NCBI GenBank assembly: GCA_010093605.1
Contig: MU004190.1
Coordinates: 1,054,001-1,118,000, forward strand
Origin: Lophium mytilinum
Taxonomy: Eukaryota
Length of the DNA stretch: 64,000 bases
Direction of reading: 5' to 3'
Position 1 is the first letter of the stretch. Each line of letters begins with the position of its first letter. The notes below the pieces were generated by a model. That model was not told the origin of the DNA. It searched no databases and saw only the letters and a list, made by a program, of their open reading frames with translations. A program made the translations under genes and the position numbers. Below are positions 1-12,247 of this stretch, piece after piece.

Positions 1-1350
1 CGAAGACCCTCCTCAAGCGCCGCTACCTTTCTCGCCACGAAGAACCCTACTCTCGAGGTCAGCCTACCATGGGATGAGAAGCTATACGAGGAGTTGAAGA
101 CGGAAAATGAGAAGGAACTGGAGGCCATCCAGAAGGAGGAGGACGAGGCGGCAGAGAAGGCTGGTGAAACGGAGGTGCAGACAGCTCGAGGAAAGCGGGC
201 AGAATGCTATACACGCATCGGAGACAAGGTATGAAGGTCACTTTGGATTTCTATCTGACTAGACGCTGATCGTGTCTCCCTAGGAGAAAGCCATTGCAGC
301 ATACGAAGCTGTGTTCGAAAAGACCGGCATTCTAGGCACGAAGATCGACATCGTGCTCGCCATAATACGTATCGGGCTTTTCTTCGGGGACAAGATACTT
401 GTCAAGAAGACGGTAGAACGCGCAGGGACACTAGTGGAGAGCGGTGGTGACTGGGATCGTCGAAATCGCCTCAAGGCATACCAAGGGCTACACCTCCTCA
501 CCGTTCGATCGCACGCCCAAGCCGCACCGCTTCTGCTCGACAGTCTATCTACCTTCACTAGCTACGAGCTTTGCAACTACTCCGCTCTTGTCATTTACGC
601 TGTCCTTGCTGGTTCCGTGTCATTGAAGCGAGTCGACTTCAAGTCGAAGGTTGTGGATGCACCGGAGATCAAGGCAATTTTGGGTGATGGGGATGAAAAG
701 TCATCTGCGCTATCTGGGAAGACGTCTGCAGGTGCAGGCGCTGGCGACGAGGAGATGCAGGACGGGCCTGCTTCTTCTGCAACCCCGCACGCAGCTGTCA
801 ATCTGACTACCATCGGTCAGTCGCAGGCAGAGCAACAAGATGCTGAGGCGCCTGTTGATTTCACGGGGCTTGCCACGTTGGTTGGTAGTCTCTACAACGG
901 AAACTACAAAGACTTCTTCGGCGCTCTGGCATCAGTCGAGGATGCGTTTCTCAGCCAAGACCGATATCTGTACGAGCATAAGAGTTGGTTCGTGCGTGAG
1001 ATGCGACTAAGAGGCTATCAACAGCTTCTCCAGAGCTACAGAGTGGTTGGCCTGACCAGCATGGCCAATGACTTCGGAGTGACCATTGATTTTCTGGACA
1101 GGTATGTTTTCGACCTATACCTTTCCTATTCCTTCCGCCCGCTAATGCAGCAACTAGGGACCTTGCCAAGTTCATTGCCGCAGACAGGATACCATGCACC
1201 ATCGATCGTGTCAAGGGTATCATCGAAACCAACAGACCAGACGACAAGAACAAGCAATACTCAGACGTGGTCAAGCAGGGCGATCAGCTCATCACGAAGC
1301 TTCAGAAGTACGGACAGGCGGTCCGATTACGGGGAAGTGAGAGGGGATAG
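1..1350 (+). CDS. RPN7: 26S proteasome lid subunit Rpn7 (5' end outside window; introns ~229-283 and ~1102-1158)
   Basis: Motifs GGDWDRRNRLKAY, LLLDSLSTFTSYEL, VREMRLRGYQQLLQSY; after splicing the C-terminus reads ...IDRVKGIIETNRPDDKNKQY...VRLRGSERG*. Confidence 0.95.
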
Positions 1351-2158
1351 GCGGGCAATTGGCTACAATAGTAGAGCATGCAGCACAGAGCATACAAGCG
1401 AGCTTGTAAAATGTAGACATAGACCAGCAATGCATCCACGCACTAAGACTCTGATTCGGCAGTGAGGCTCCTCACGGCGCAATGTCGAGATACTTCTAAT
1501 CTGTGTAGTTTGATTAACAGCAAGGTACCACTTTTATACTGTACATGACTCCGTATAAGGTCGGATGTCTCCGCTGTCTAGGTGGGGATTTATACACCAT
1601 CTCACCGTTTGCTTACCGCAACTTTAATCTGAGGTAGGTGCGCAAATCGGACACCGCCATTCTCCTTGTGAGATACATCCATCTCACCAACCCTCCGTTC
1701 CTCCATCATCATGTCCTGATCCCCATACGATCACTCCACCATCATTTTGCGGAGAAGCAGCAGGGTGGGGAGATGGCGCCAGGCGATAAGATAGTCGCGT
1801 CCATGCGCTCATCAACGAGAGCGATGGAGTCATACAAACAAACGGGCCGCCGCCACTTCAATATCAATGCATCACCGAAGCCAGTCTTGACTCTCCACGT
1901 GGGAGTACGAGGTAAATAATATATTCAGCGAATTCCCCCGTCTCTCCCCGAAAACCCCCATCCCACCCTAGAGAAAAGCATTGCGGGGCACGCGTTCCGT
2001 CCGCGCGGGAAAAAAAATATTGCCTCAATTCCAGCGCAGAGAAAAAGCAACCCTTGGGAGAGATATACTAAAAGCTGGGGTTTGCTCTAGATTCGACCGC
2101 CAGACCTGTCCTCCTACCTCTTCTTATCTCGTCTGGACTGAGAACGCAGTCCCGCAAT

Positions 2159-3732
2159 ATGTCCGCCACCGCCACCGTTCGCGCTCTCTCGTATGAGAAT
2201 ATCAATCCCCATGTCAAGACCGCGAAGTATGCCGTCCGCGGCGAACTGGCCGTGAGATCGGAGGAATACCGAGCCAAGCTGGCCAAGGGTGAGGGGAAGG
2301 ATTTGCCCTTTGACACTGTCATTGCAGCAAACATCGGAAACCCGCAGCAATTGGACCAGAAGCCCATCACCTTCTTCCGACAGGTCGCCAGTATCATGGA
2401 GAACCCGGAACTTCTCGAGAAGGAGGAAGTGCTAACAAAGGGTCTGGGATACAAGCCGGACGTGGTTGCGAGGGCTAAGAAGCTGCTTGCGGCGGTCAAG
2501 AGTGTGGGGGCATACAGCCAGAGCCATGGCGCTCCGGCCATCCGAGAGAGTGTTGCTAAGTTCATTGAGCGTACGTCTGCGAAGTTAGGTTGGAGAGTTA
2601 CAATGCTTACATCTTAATCTAGGACGAGACGGATACCCAGCCGAAGCTGAACATGTCTACCTCAGTGCCGGTGCTTCTTCAGGCGTCAACACCCTCCTCC
2701 ATATCATGTGCTCTAAGCCCGAGAGCGGTATCCTCGTTCCAATTCCCCAGTACCCTCTATACACTGCTACACTAGCCGTCCTCGATGCGCGTGTGGTCCC
2801 ATACTACCTCGACGAGAGCCAGGCATGGGGCACCAATCTCGGCGAGATCAAGAGTGCGTACGATAAGGCCATTGCCGAAGGAACCGACGTGAAGGCCATT
2901 GTCATCATCAACCCAGGCAATCCCACAGGCGCCAGTCTCCCTGCCGAGGATATCAAGTCGGTTTTGGAGTTTGCCGCCGAGAAGAAGCTTGTCGTCATGG
3001 CAGACGAGGTCTACCAAACCAACGTCTTCCAGGGCGAGTTCATCTCTTTCAAGAAGGCTCTCCGTGATCTCCAAAAGGAGGTCCCCAAGAAGTTCGACAA
3101 CATCGAGCTCGCGTCGCTACACAGCGTGTCGAAGGGCATGGTCGGCGAGTGTGGACACCGTGGCGGCTACTTCGAGCTCATCGGCTTCGACGAGAAGGTC
3201 GCGGCTGAGATTTACAAGTTTATCAGTATTCAGCTGTGCCCGCCCGTCATGGGCCAGTGCATCGTCGAAATGATGGTAAACCCGCCGAAGGAGGGCGAGC
3301 CAAGCTACGAGCTGTATAAGCAGGAATACGACGGTATCTTTGATGGCCTGAAGAAAAGGGCGTATGCGCTCTACGAGGCTTTTAAGCAGATGGAGGGTGT
3401 CAGCTGCAATACTCCTGCTGTAAGTTGATACTTGACTGGTCTATTCGATTTACTCGGACTAACGAGGTCTCAAGGGCTCCATGTATCTCTTTCCCACCAT
3501 CACCATACCCGAGAAAGCCATTGCCCAGGCCAAAAAAGAAGGCCGCGAACCCGACGACTTTTACTGCTTCCGTCTACTCGACGCTACAGGCGTCTGTGTC
3601 GTCGCAGGCTCCGGCTTCGGCCAGAAAGAGGGTACGCTGCATTTCAGGACGACGTTCCTGGCCCCCGGCACAGACTGGGTGGGTAGGATCGTGAAGTTCC
3701 ACAAGGAGTTCATGGATGAGTTCAGGGACTAG
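2159..3732 (+). CDS. ALT1: Alanine aminotransferase (class I PLP aminotransferase), 2 introns (~2571-2622, ~3420-3473)
   Basis: YAVRGEL, ANIGNPQQL, IINPGNPTG, ADEVYQTN, PLP-lysine motif SLHSVSKG...GECGHRGGY, GSGFGQKEGTLHFRTTFL. Confidence 0.93.
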
Positions 3733-4745
3733 AGGCCTCGAATTCTGACGTGGCTTAGATGATTCTATGATTCATGAAATGTTGCATTGCGGACGGGATG
3801 GCTCTAGCGGCGAAAGGGAACCGCGATATATAGAGACTAGAACGAAATGAAATCTCGACTCTCGATGGAGCGATTGATATCATGATAAGCGTTCACCTCG
3901 GAAGTGATTGAGTTCGGCATGGGTGCTCGGAAGGGGCAGGATACGCTCCGGGTATCACGTGAACATCGCCGCGATTATACAACGATTCTCTGCCAACGTC
4001 TACGACTACTTGCTTACTACTTCTACGTCTTTTCTTAATGCTATGGTAATTAGTCGGATACAGTTAAAGGCGCGAGTCCTCCAGTCGTCCTACCTAATTA
4101 GATGAGTCTGTGAGACGCGTTGACGCTAACCATTCCCAGGAGGTCAAGATTCATCGCAGAACGCAGGAACAACTCAAATCCAACTTCACTCCTCTCTTCG
4201 CCATCCCTGACCATCTTTTTTGGGAATCATGAATCTCGAATTTAGCATTCAGACCTTGAAGTCTTCGCCCTGGAAGTAGGCTCAACGATCTTGTAAGACC
4301 GGTGGGAATTACTTTCTGACGTGCAGAACGGATCTTCGACGTCAGCCGCACATTGGCACTCCAATAACGCCCCTCACAGGGCCGTTAGGTCGCTCACTAA
4401 CTTTTCCTCTACTGATGAACTCTCCAATAACAGATAAGGAACAATGCTGAACTATCTTTTGGAGTTTTTGCGGGCCAATCCTTATCGAAAATAGCTAACG
4501 GCTGACTTTTAGGGCTTACAATGACTTGGTTGATGAAAGTCCCATGCTTGGGAGCGAGCTAGTGCTAAATATGATGGGGGCCAAAAGGTATACTTTTAGA
4601 AGGAGTCCTTGAAGTCCCTCTACCCCACTCCACAAGCTCTTTTCCAATCTACAACCCATCGAGGCTAGTAGGTTGTCTTTTATTGTGATAAAATAAACCT
4701 CTTATTCCAACTTCTCTTCAGTATCGCATCGGCATTTCGTCGATC

Positions 4746-6398
4746 ATGTCCAAAGAAACAACATTTGATTTCGTTGTTGTCGGAGGGGGAACAGCTGGTG
4801 TTGTGGTAGCCTCCCGCCTCAGCCAAAAGTTCAGCGTTGCCCTCGTCGAAGCAGGCCCAAACGATATACTCAACCCACACATTACAGACCCTAAAAGCTT
4901 CCTGATGCTCATAGGAGATGGTATTCTCATGGACTACTCAAGTGTTCCTCAAAGCCACTGCGACAACCGAAATATGACCCAATTTGCGGGTCGCGCCGTC
5001 TCTGGATCTAGCGCGGCCAACATGGGGGTTTGGACAAGAGCGTCAAAGACCGACTATGAGGTGATAGCGGAAAAAGCAGGCCATCGGAGGTTCACGTTTG
5101 AAGGGTTGTTGCCTTATTTTAAACGTACGGAGCATTTCTGGGATACTGCGGCGGATCCCAAATATCATGGCTTCGACGGGCCAATCCACACAACCGCTGG
5201 CCGGAAATATCCAATGCGTAACATATTGCAACAGTCTTTCTCCGCTAGGGGAGTCGAGACGAATCCGGAGCCTTCCGATGGCGACCCGACAGGCCTCTCA
5301 GCTGTCTGCCAGAACTTTCGAATAACATCGAGCTCTGACTCGACAAGACAGCATAGCGCACGGGTATACGACCTCTCTCGAGTGCACGTGCTAGCTTCCA
5401 CTTTCGTTAGAAAAGTGATGTTTCAAGAGGGTAGGGCAACAGGTGTCGAACTTCTCGACGGCAACCAACTGCTCGCTCGCCGTGAAGTCATCATCAGCTG
5501 TGGCGCCTACAAGACACCTCAATTGTTAATGTTATCAGGAATCGGTCCATTATTAGAGCTATCTAAACATTTCATTCCCCAAGTCGTAGACTCTCCTGAA
5601 GTCGGCCGCAACCTCTTTGACCACAACTCCCTTGTCCAATACTACCAACTCCGCCGCCCGGAGAAAGGCTTCGCCCTCCCTTTCACAGGCACTGCAAAGC
5701 CCGAGTACGGACAAGGCGCGCCATCAGACTTCATCGCCTTCCAAGCTCTCCCAACCCCAGACCTCAAAGCCGCCCTCGCAGCAGACGACCCCACTATTGA
5801 CGATCTCCACCCACATCTCCGTCCGAAGCGCTGCCACCACATCTCAATGGTCTTCTACAACCCCCTAATTGCCCCACCTGACTACAGTTCTCACCTCGGA
5901 GGCCCCTTAGATGGCACTCACATCGCCCTCATATCCCTCCTACTCCTCCCCACCTCCCGCGGCAGCATAACCCTCCCCTCTACCGACCCAACAGCACACC
6001 CTATCATAGACCCAAACTACCTCTCCACTTCCGCGGACCGCTACTCCCTCCGCACCGCCGTGCGCCGCAACTTGCAGCTCGCAGAGACCGAGCCGCTCGC
6101 CAGCGAACTTGTAGCAGAGACGCCGCCAGATGGATTCCCGGCGCTAACGTCCCGCTCCAGCGACGAGGAAATTGATGCTAGGATTAGCAAGTTTTGTGGA
6201 ACTATTTACCACGCCCAGGGCACGGCGGCGTTGGGGACGGTATTAGACGCTGAATTTAGGGTTAAGGGAGTGAAGGGGCTGAGGGTTTGTGATGCGAGTG
6301 TACTGCCGGAGGCTGTAGGGGCGATGCCGCAGGCGACGATTTATGCGCTGGCGGAGTTGGCAGCGGAGCTCATTGGAACTGAGAATGGGGATGAGTGA
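4746..6398 (+). CDS. GMC oxidoreductase (AA3-type flavoprotein), intronless, no evident signal peptide
   Basis: FDFVVVGGGTAG FAD motif, GRAVSGSSAAN, TPQLLMLSGIGP, VGRNLFDH, C-terminal GLRVCDASVLP. Confidence 0.92.
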   Translation: MSKETTFDFVVVGGGTAGVVVASRLSQKFSVALVEAGPNDILNPHITDPKSFLMLIGDGILMDYSSVPQSHCDNRNMTQFAGRAVSGSSAANMGVWTRASKTDYEVIAEKAGHRRFTFEGLLPYFKRTEHFWDTAADPKYHGFDGPIHTTAGRKYPMRNILQQSFSARGVETNPEPSDGDPTGLSAVCQNFRITSSSDSTRQHSARVYDLSRVHVLASTFVRKVMFQEGRATGVELLDGNQLLARREVIISCGAYKTPQLLMLSGIGPLLELSKHFIPQVVDSPEVGRNLFDHNSLVQYYQLRRPEKGFALPFTGTAKPEYGQGAPSDFIAFQALPTPDLKAALAADDPTIDDLHPHLRPKRCHHISMVFYNPLIAPPDYSSHLGGPLDGTHIALISLLLLPTSRGSITLPSTDPTAHPIIDPNYLSTSADRYSLRTAVRRNLQLAETEPLASELVAETPPDGFPALTSRSSDEEIDARISKFCGTIYHAQGTAALGTVLDAEFRVKGVKGLRVCDASVLPEAVGAMPQATIYALAELAAELIGTENGDE

Positions 6399-7118
6399 GG
6401 ATCGAGAGAGCCCAGCACGGTCGACTCTAGATCGAATATTAGCTAGTGGAAATGTGAGTGGTGGAGATGAGCTGGCGATGATGTTCAGCGCTTCTGTGTG
6501 CTAATGCTTCGCGCAGTACGAGAACGATGAAAGGTACTACTGAGGGTTGGATTGGTGGTGATTCCCATCGGGTCCCCTAGTCCTCAGCGGCCTCCTCCCT
6601 ATGTACCCAGAAACCACGGAGTCGGGTTCAATATAGGCGAAACAAGAATTAATAAAAAATACAAAGTGCCTTGGGCGTGGTTCGAACCCCGTACTCTCCT
6701 AACAGCACAATGAGCGTATAGGAGGTGAGACCGAGTTTACAAGTGCAGCTGGAGTTGCTCCCGTGCATCCCGCGCGATATCTTGGGTAAGGATGAGGGGA
6801 GGCTCAGTGCAAGTGTAGAGCTGTGACTGATTCTGCTCGGCTGTAAGAGAGTAGGGAGTGGAAGTGCCTCTAGGTGCTTTGATTGGTGGACCGGCGAAAT
6901 AAAAGGGTATTTGTGGTATGGTCAGCATTCATTGTGATCGGGGGCGATGGGTATGGGTGAATGAATATGTTAGCGGTTCTGTATGGAGGGTGGATGGGGA
7001 CTGGGAATGGAGGTAAGTGAGATTGAAGTGCCTAGTATACCATTCCCGTTACCTTGGTTAAGCGTGTATTCGTGGCCTTGATTTCTTTCGCTTTCATTTC
7101 ACCAGTCCGATCTTCAAG

Positions 7119-7285
7119 GCTCTCTTCTTCTCCGCTCTCTTCTTCTCCGCTCTCNNNNNNNNNNNNNNNNNNNNNNNNNNNNNNNNNNNNNNNNNNNNNN
7201 NNNNNNNNNNNNNNNNNNNNNNNNNNNNNNNNNNNNNNNNNNNNNNNNNGCTCTCTTCTTCTCCGCTCTCTTCTTCTCCGCTCTC
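7119..7285. repeat. 15-bp tandem repeat (GCTCTCTTCTTCTCC)n spanning an assembly gap (N run 7155-7249)
   Basis: Identical units on both sides of the N run; true copy number unknown. Confidence 0.9.
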
Positions 7286-7910
7286 ACCTCCTGACTCCAT
7301 TTTCACCGATTTTCAAACCCTACGATAAGCTTCCTCTGCCTGTTACTTCCTACATCTTGATGACGTGCACTTCATATGTTCCTTCTTGTGTCAACATGGG
7401 CCACTGTCAGGGAGTAGCGGTGGGGGCAGGCACGTGTATACAGCCTCACCTTTCTCCAAACCTCTTCTCTCCTACATCATCATTCATACAATACATCATG
7501 TACATGGCCTACAGCTTGTTCCGTGACAGCACTTCTGACTCTGAAGAGCGAGCAATGTGGCTACCGATGTCGTGCAGCGACAAACGGGTTGTATAACGAG
7601 ACATTTAATAGGTGATAGCTAGAATGGAAGACTGTGTATAGCTGTCCTACCGGCTACATTCGGTGACTTGAACTGACACATCTACAGGCACGTGGCCACG
7701 ATTTCGTTTTGCCAGATGTTCGTTGAAGCGGCCGGGACAGCGCAGAGAGTAGGAAACTATGAAGTTACGAGTGAGCAAGTGGCGAAGCAAAGGATGTTTT
7801 TTAAGCAGAGAATAGTAAGTTAGTCTTTAGTCTTAAAGCATAGATTACTCTCAAACCCTCAGCACTCCACAAAAGAGTTAAATACTAGTATCTAACCAAA
7901 TACTACAGCA

Positions 7911-8645
7911 ATGTCGTTTTCGGAAGATCCGCCCTCTGGAACACCCTTTCGCCTTGAACATCACATTATCGACGTACTAGTAAAGATCGATGGACATCCC
8001 GTCATGGAGCTCTCCGCAACGACAGTAACACATGGCTGTGAACACTGCGGTCAGATATGGGGCGGCAATATCGGCGATGGCTACGAAGGAGGAATGGCGT
8101 CGCTACATTTCGGAAGTCCTCCTGGGCACGTCGAATATCCCGACAGCCAGGCTCCAAAGTTTCTAGGCTTGTTCGTCGAATCAGAAGTCAACCAAGGTCT
8201 CCGAATGACGTTTGAGAAGCGAGAGGTCACCTGCAAGAGATGCGGAGAAGCTCTAGAGCGTAACGCTCCACATTCTAATCTCGGAGCTATAACGATACAA
8301 ACGAAAAATATCGGCTCCGCAATGAATCCGACAGCGCAGCCACCGCGTCGCCGGAGAAATGTGAGAGATTCACCACCGCCTTGCGAGAGGAACTGCTTGA
8401 TCACAGCGCGGAAAGACCTTGAGGAGATGGAGATTGAGGTGAATAAGCATATAAAGAATGTCAAATACTACGAGGCAAAGCTTGAGGGGATGCCGGCCAG
8501 CCAGCGAGGTCCAGAATCGGCGGTGTGGTTCTACCTTATCAAGGCGCGCGACGATTCGAGGAAGTGGCTTGAAGATAATGAGGGAGTTGTGAGAGAGTTA
8601 AATGGGAGGCTGACTGCTTTACGGCATGGGGAATTCGACGAGTAG
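7911..8645 (+). CDS. Hypothetical protein with two CxxC modules and a helical C-terminus (CxxC family member 1)
   Basis: 244-aa intronless ORF; HGCEHCGQIW and FEKREVTCKRCG; probable 5'UTR intron (GTAAGT ~7815...CTAAC...TACAG) just before the ATG. Confidence 0.7.
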   Translation: MSFSEDPPSGTPFRLEHHIIDVLVKIDGHPVMELSATTVTHGCEHCGQIWGGNIGDGYEGGMASLHFGSPPGHVEYPDSQAPKFLGLFVESEVNQGLRMTFEKREVTCKRCGEALERNAPHSNLGAITIQTKNIGSAMNPTAQPPRRRRNVRDSPPPCERNCLITARKDLEEMEIEVNKHIKNVKYYEAKLEGMPASQRGPESAVWFYLIKARDDSRKWLEDNEGVVRELNGRLTALRHGEFDE

Positions 8646-9194
8646 CAGCCTGAGACTACTAAATTATGCAGCGGACGGAGAAATCTATAATTGCCTGAGA
8701 AACGTGATGAGCGGGAAATCTAGGCTTCCAAAGTTCGGTACAAGGAGCACTGAATCCATAGTTGACTCGGAAGGCCTAGGCTACCCGTTGAGCACCTAGG
8801 AGCCCCATACCCCTTGGGGCGGTTATATAGCCACAGCTGCGCCCACAGATAGTCCACTATGCAAACAATCGCCAATCCCGCATACTACCATGTCACGTGA
8901 CCATTCTTAATAAATTCCGAAGTTTGCGAAGCCGAAACCTCAAAGTTGTTCTCCTCGAAAGCTGTCAAGTGATCCTAGGTGATTAATAAGCTTATTTCGA
9001 ATTCGTATTAGCCGTCTATCAGAAAACTGGGCATGTATTCTGAGCATTGGCTGTCACGCGCGGTCTCCACCATCTCCCCATCAATACCCGCCACCGGTAT
9101 CTTGAGAGCTACACGGACCCAGATCTCAATTCCACAACCTTAGATTAGGAGTCTTGGGAGGAGCATACAGGGACTTTTGCGGAAACCCTGAAAG

Positions 9195-10232
9195 ATGGCA
9201 TCCCTCCTGACCCTACCTCCCGAGCTGCGGCAGGCAATCATCTCGAACTCTCTATCAATCGAATATAAAAAGACGAAAGACCAAAGGTTTCACATCTCGA
9301 CTCCGTTCCATGCCGTGTGCAAGCTTCTGGAGGAGGACATCAAAAAGAGCATCCCAAGTTGGCTACCCGAACCAGCCACTGGCTGCCTTGCCCCAATTCG
9401 GAAAATTGGAGATATGTATTGCGTCGAAGACATCAACAATCACTTCGTCAATATCGCAAAATCATCGAATCGCACTTGGACCGGTATACAGGAGCTCAAT
9501 GTTCAACTTGTGAGGGACGAAGGTCTCGAAGGCTTTATAGAACATGGTTTATCGGGACAGCATGGCTGGCCTTACGCGTTCTATATACTATCGTATATGA
9601 TCCATAACGGCATACGCAACGTCATTCGCGGCCCACTCGTTCTTCCTGAAAGCGTTGAAGTCATCAAAGTCGATCTCACGATACCCCCGAAAGCTTGGGC
9701 ACTGCTGAACATACTTGGCCAGCCGCACTTGGACGTGCCGATGCAAATGTTCACAACGCCAAGACCGGGGCAAGAATCTATGTCCGGGCAGAGCTTATTC
9801 TGGCGGACGCTTTTCAAAAAAGTTCATGAATTAGTTAATCATATTCGTTATGCTCCTAAAAGAGCGCGAAACCTGTCAGTTGAGATCGTGGGAACAGCAC
9901 CAGAAAGTCAACTTGAAGTAATAGCTCAGGAACCAGACTGGAGCCTCATTTGGAAGCTCCCTCAAACCTCGCAAGTGCGCGGGCCTCCCATGCCTGTCGA
10001 CTTTTCCAAATTTGTGAAGAATGTTCGAGCCAAAAAAGCTGAAATGGTCCTCGAAGAGGAGAGGAAGCGAATCCTCGAGGCAGACGAAAGAGCGATGAGA
10101 GCAAAGAGACAGAAACAGGAGCTGGCAAAGAACATGGGCGAGAAGGCAAGGCGGCGGAAGGAAGAGACTAAGAAGAGGAGGAAGGAGTGGGCCCAGAACA
10201 TGGCGGAGATTCGGAAGAAGAAAAGGGAATAG
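9195..10232 (+). CDS. Hypothetical protein with F-box-like N-terminus and highly charged coiled-coil C-terminus
   Basis: 345-aa ORF starting MASLLTLPPELRQAII (L-x-x-LP-x-EL-x-x-x-I); K/E/R-rich tail. Confidence 0.7.
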   Translation: MASLLTLPPELRQAIISNSLSIEYKKTKDQRFHISTPFHAVCKLLEEDIKKSIPSWLPEPATGCLAPIRKIGDMYCVEDINNHFVNIAKSSNRTWTGIQELNVQLVRDEGLEGFIEHGLSGQHGWPYAFYILSYMIHNGIRNVIRGPLVLPESVEVIKVDLTIPPKAWALLNILGQPHLDVPMQMFTTPRPGQESMSGQSLFWRTLFKKVHELVNHIRYAPKRARNLSVEIVGTAPESQLEVIAQEPDWSLIWKLPQTSQVRGPPMPVDFSKFVKNVRAKKAEMVLEEERKRILEADERAMRAKRQKQELAKNMGEKARRRKEETKKRRKEWAQNMAEIRKKKRE

Positions 10233-10837
10233 TGAGAGCAAGAGAACAAGAGGTATGGATAGCTTGTCTGACACTACTTGAGACATATCGATTTATTTCC
10301 GAAAAGACTAAAGCACGAACTCTGAGCTGCAACCGCATACGCATTTGCGTTAATCCACTCCGGTTCTCAGACGCAGCAGACACAGGTGTACAGCGGGATC
10401 ACAAGTATGAACATGGACTTACCACTACTCAGGCTTCAATCTTGTTCGCTCCACATCACTGGCAGGACTGGCCAAACTAGCAAATGTTCGATGAGCTAAG
10501 AGACACGTTTTCTGTACTAGACTGATTCCGACGGTGTATTCAGATCTCCAGAATCCCATGGGCTGACCCCAACCAGTTATGACACATGTGCCTAGAATTT
10601 CGCCAAACACTCCTCGTAAGACTTCTCTAGGAGTGCATATATTTTTTAGTGCTTTAGTGACGTTCTTTGAAGTGTACACAACTCATTGAAAGCGGATTAT
10701 ATCGGTAGTCAAAGGTGAGTCATCACACATAATATTCAAGATCCCTGAATTGCTCTCTATTGCTGTCGCTAGATTGCGAAAGGAAGAGTGATGTGCCACC
10801 TACATAGCCAGCCTAGTAGATTTCACCAAGCCTCCTG

Positions 10838-11566
10838 TCAGAGTTTCTCCACATTCCCCTCCAGTACCTCCTTTGAAATCTCCTCTGTAACTCTCAGAGG
10901 TCGCTGGATCACCCACTCTACCCCTTCAAGAGTCAGCATCTCCTGCTTCCACTCCTCCACTTTCAACTTCTCCAACTTCTCCAACATCTCCTTCATGTCC
11001 AGAACCTCTAGCTCGTTTGAATCAGGGAGCTCCCCCTCCCGGCGCTGTCCCTTATACACCACCTTCCAAAACTTGTTCACCTTTTTCTTCCATCCCTTCT
11101 CCATCTCCACCTCTGGATCCTCGACATCCACCGTCTTCACACGAACCAGAATCGCCTTCTTCCCACCCGGCAACTCGAACACGAAGTTCGGCTGATACTC
11201 CGGGGGCACGTGCGTCTTCACCCACTCGAACTCCTCATCGCCCATCATCAGCGGGCGATCCGCATCCCAGAGATCCTTGCCACAGTGGATGCAGGACTGA
11301 TAGCAAGGGCGGAAGTCGCTGATGACCATGCCGTCGAAGAGTGGCAGCGTGTAGGGCTCGCCCGTAGCGACGAAGGTAGGGTCAAGCCAGACCTTGTCGC
11401 AGTGGCGGCAGTGGCGCGACAGGCGGCCGAAGCCGTCGACGCGGGAGCGGATGAAACAGGGGACGATGCAGGTGCTGCGGGGGCAGGGCCAGGAGAGGTA
11501 GGAGTCGCCGCCTGCGAAGACGAGTGGAGAGGACTGGCGGGCAGGTTTGGGGGTTTCGGTGGACAT
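10838..11566 (-). CDS. Hypothetical protein with two CxxC modules and a K/E-rich C-terminus (CxxC family member 2)
   Basis: 242-aa ORF; FGRLSRHCRHCDKVW and FRPCYQSCIHCGKDLW; TATAAA ~70 bp upstream on the minus strand. Confidence 0.75.
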   Translation of the reverse strand: MSTETPKPARQSSPLVFAGGDSYLSWPCPRSTCIVPCFIRSRVDGFGRLSRHCRHCDKVWLDPTFVATGEPYTLPLFDGMVISDFRPCYQSCIHCGKDLWDADRPLMMGDEEFEWVKTHVPPEYQPNFVFELPGGKKAILVRVKTVDVEDPEVEMEKGWKKKVNKFWKVVYKGQRREGELPDSNELEVLDMKEMLEKLEKLKVEEWKQEMLTLEGVEWVIQRPLRVTEEISKEVLEGNVEKL

Positions 11567-12247
11567 GGAGGGTGTTCTTGAGTTTTGGTGGGTATTTTTA
11601 GGTGTTTGAATTCTTGATATTTGATTATTGGATTTATATCGTAAGTAAGTTGTTTAAAATTTGAAAGGTAAAAGTCTCCGTTGACTATCTTTTATATGTG
11701 GGAATATTCGCGGGTAAGTGAAAGAGTTGCTTGCTGGAGTACACGCTGGCGATGCGAGCTGGCTGAATACGTGAACGGCGCAGAAATTCCACAAGCCCTT
11801 CACTCCCGGGTCAGCAGTGTATGTACACCTAACTACTTCGCCTTGAAGTGCTGAGGCACTCCTGCCAGTGGTGTCACGAGGGGAATATAGAAGCGTGCGG
11901 GAGCCGGATTCGTGGCGCTGGGTGGAGGTTGCTAGGAGCTTACGCTTCGTGTTTGGAAGTTCGTCAACATCTCCCTTAAGCGTATGCTCTAGGTCTATGA
12001 AGCTGTCTTGGTTCCGCGGGCCCCCAGGTACTGATCCGGTACTTCGGTCTACCAGACACCGTGTAGTATTAATGGCATCACCAGAAGGCACGTAAGGCTT
12101 GTCTACCGTGTCTGATAGAAGAGCATATGAGATATTTTGATGGCTTCTTCATCCTCCTGCACGCTTTTGAGTCTCCGAGGCCTGATTTGCTCAATAAAAC
12201 GAGGGCTATACTTGAGTTCCAAGGGAGACCCCCAAGGTAGTCCACTT

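Noticed and set aside
680..860. Low-complexity insertion in Rpn7
   Set aside because: In-frame loop of a kind I recall as usual in filamentous-fungal Rpn7; no splice signals or sign of novelty
6668..6700. GGTTCGAACC B-box-like motif next to an A/T run, suggesting a tRNA or SINE
   Set aside because: T-arm stem does not pair on either strand and no cloverleaf could be built
8892..8901. GTCACGTGAC E-box palindrome upstream of the F-box-like gene
   Set aside because: Single short motif; function cannot be supported from sequence alone
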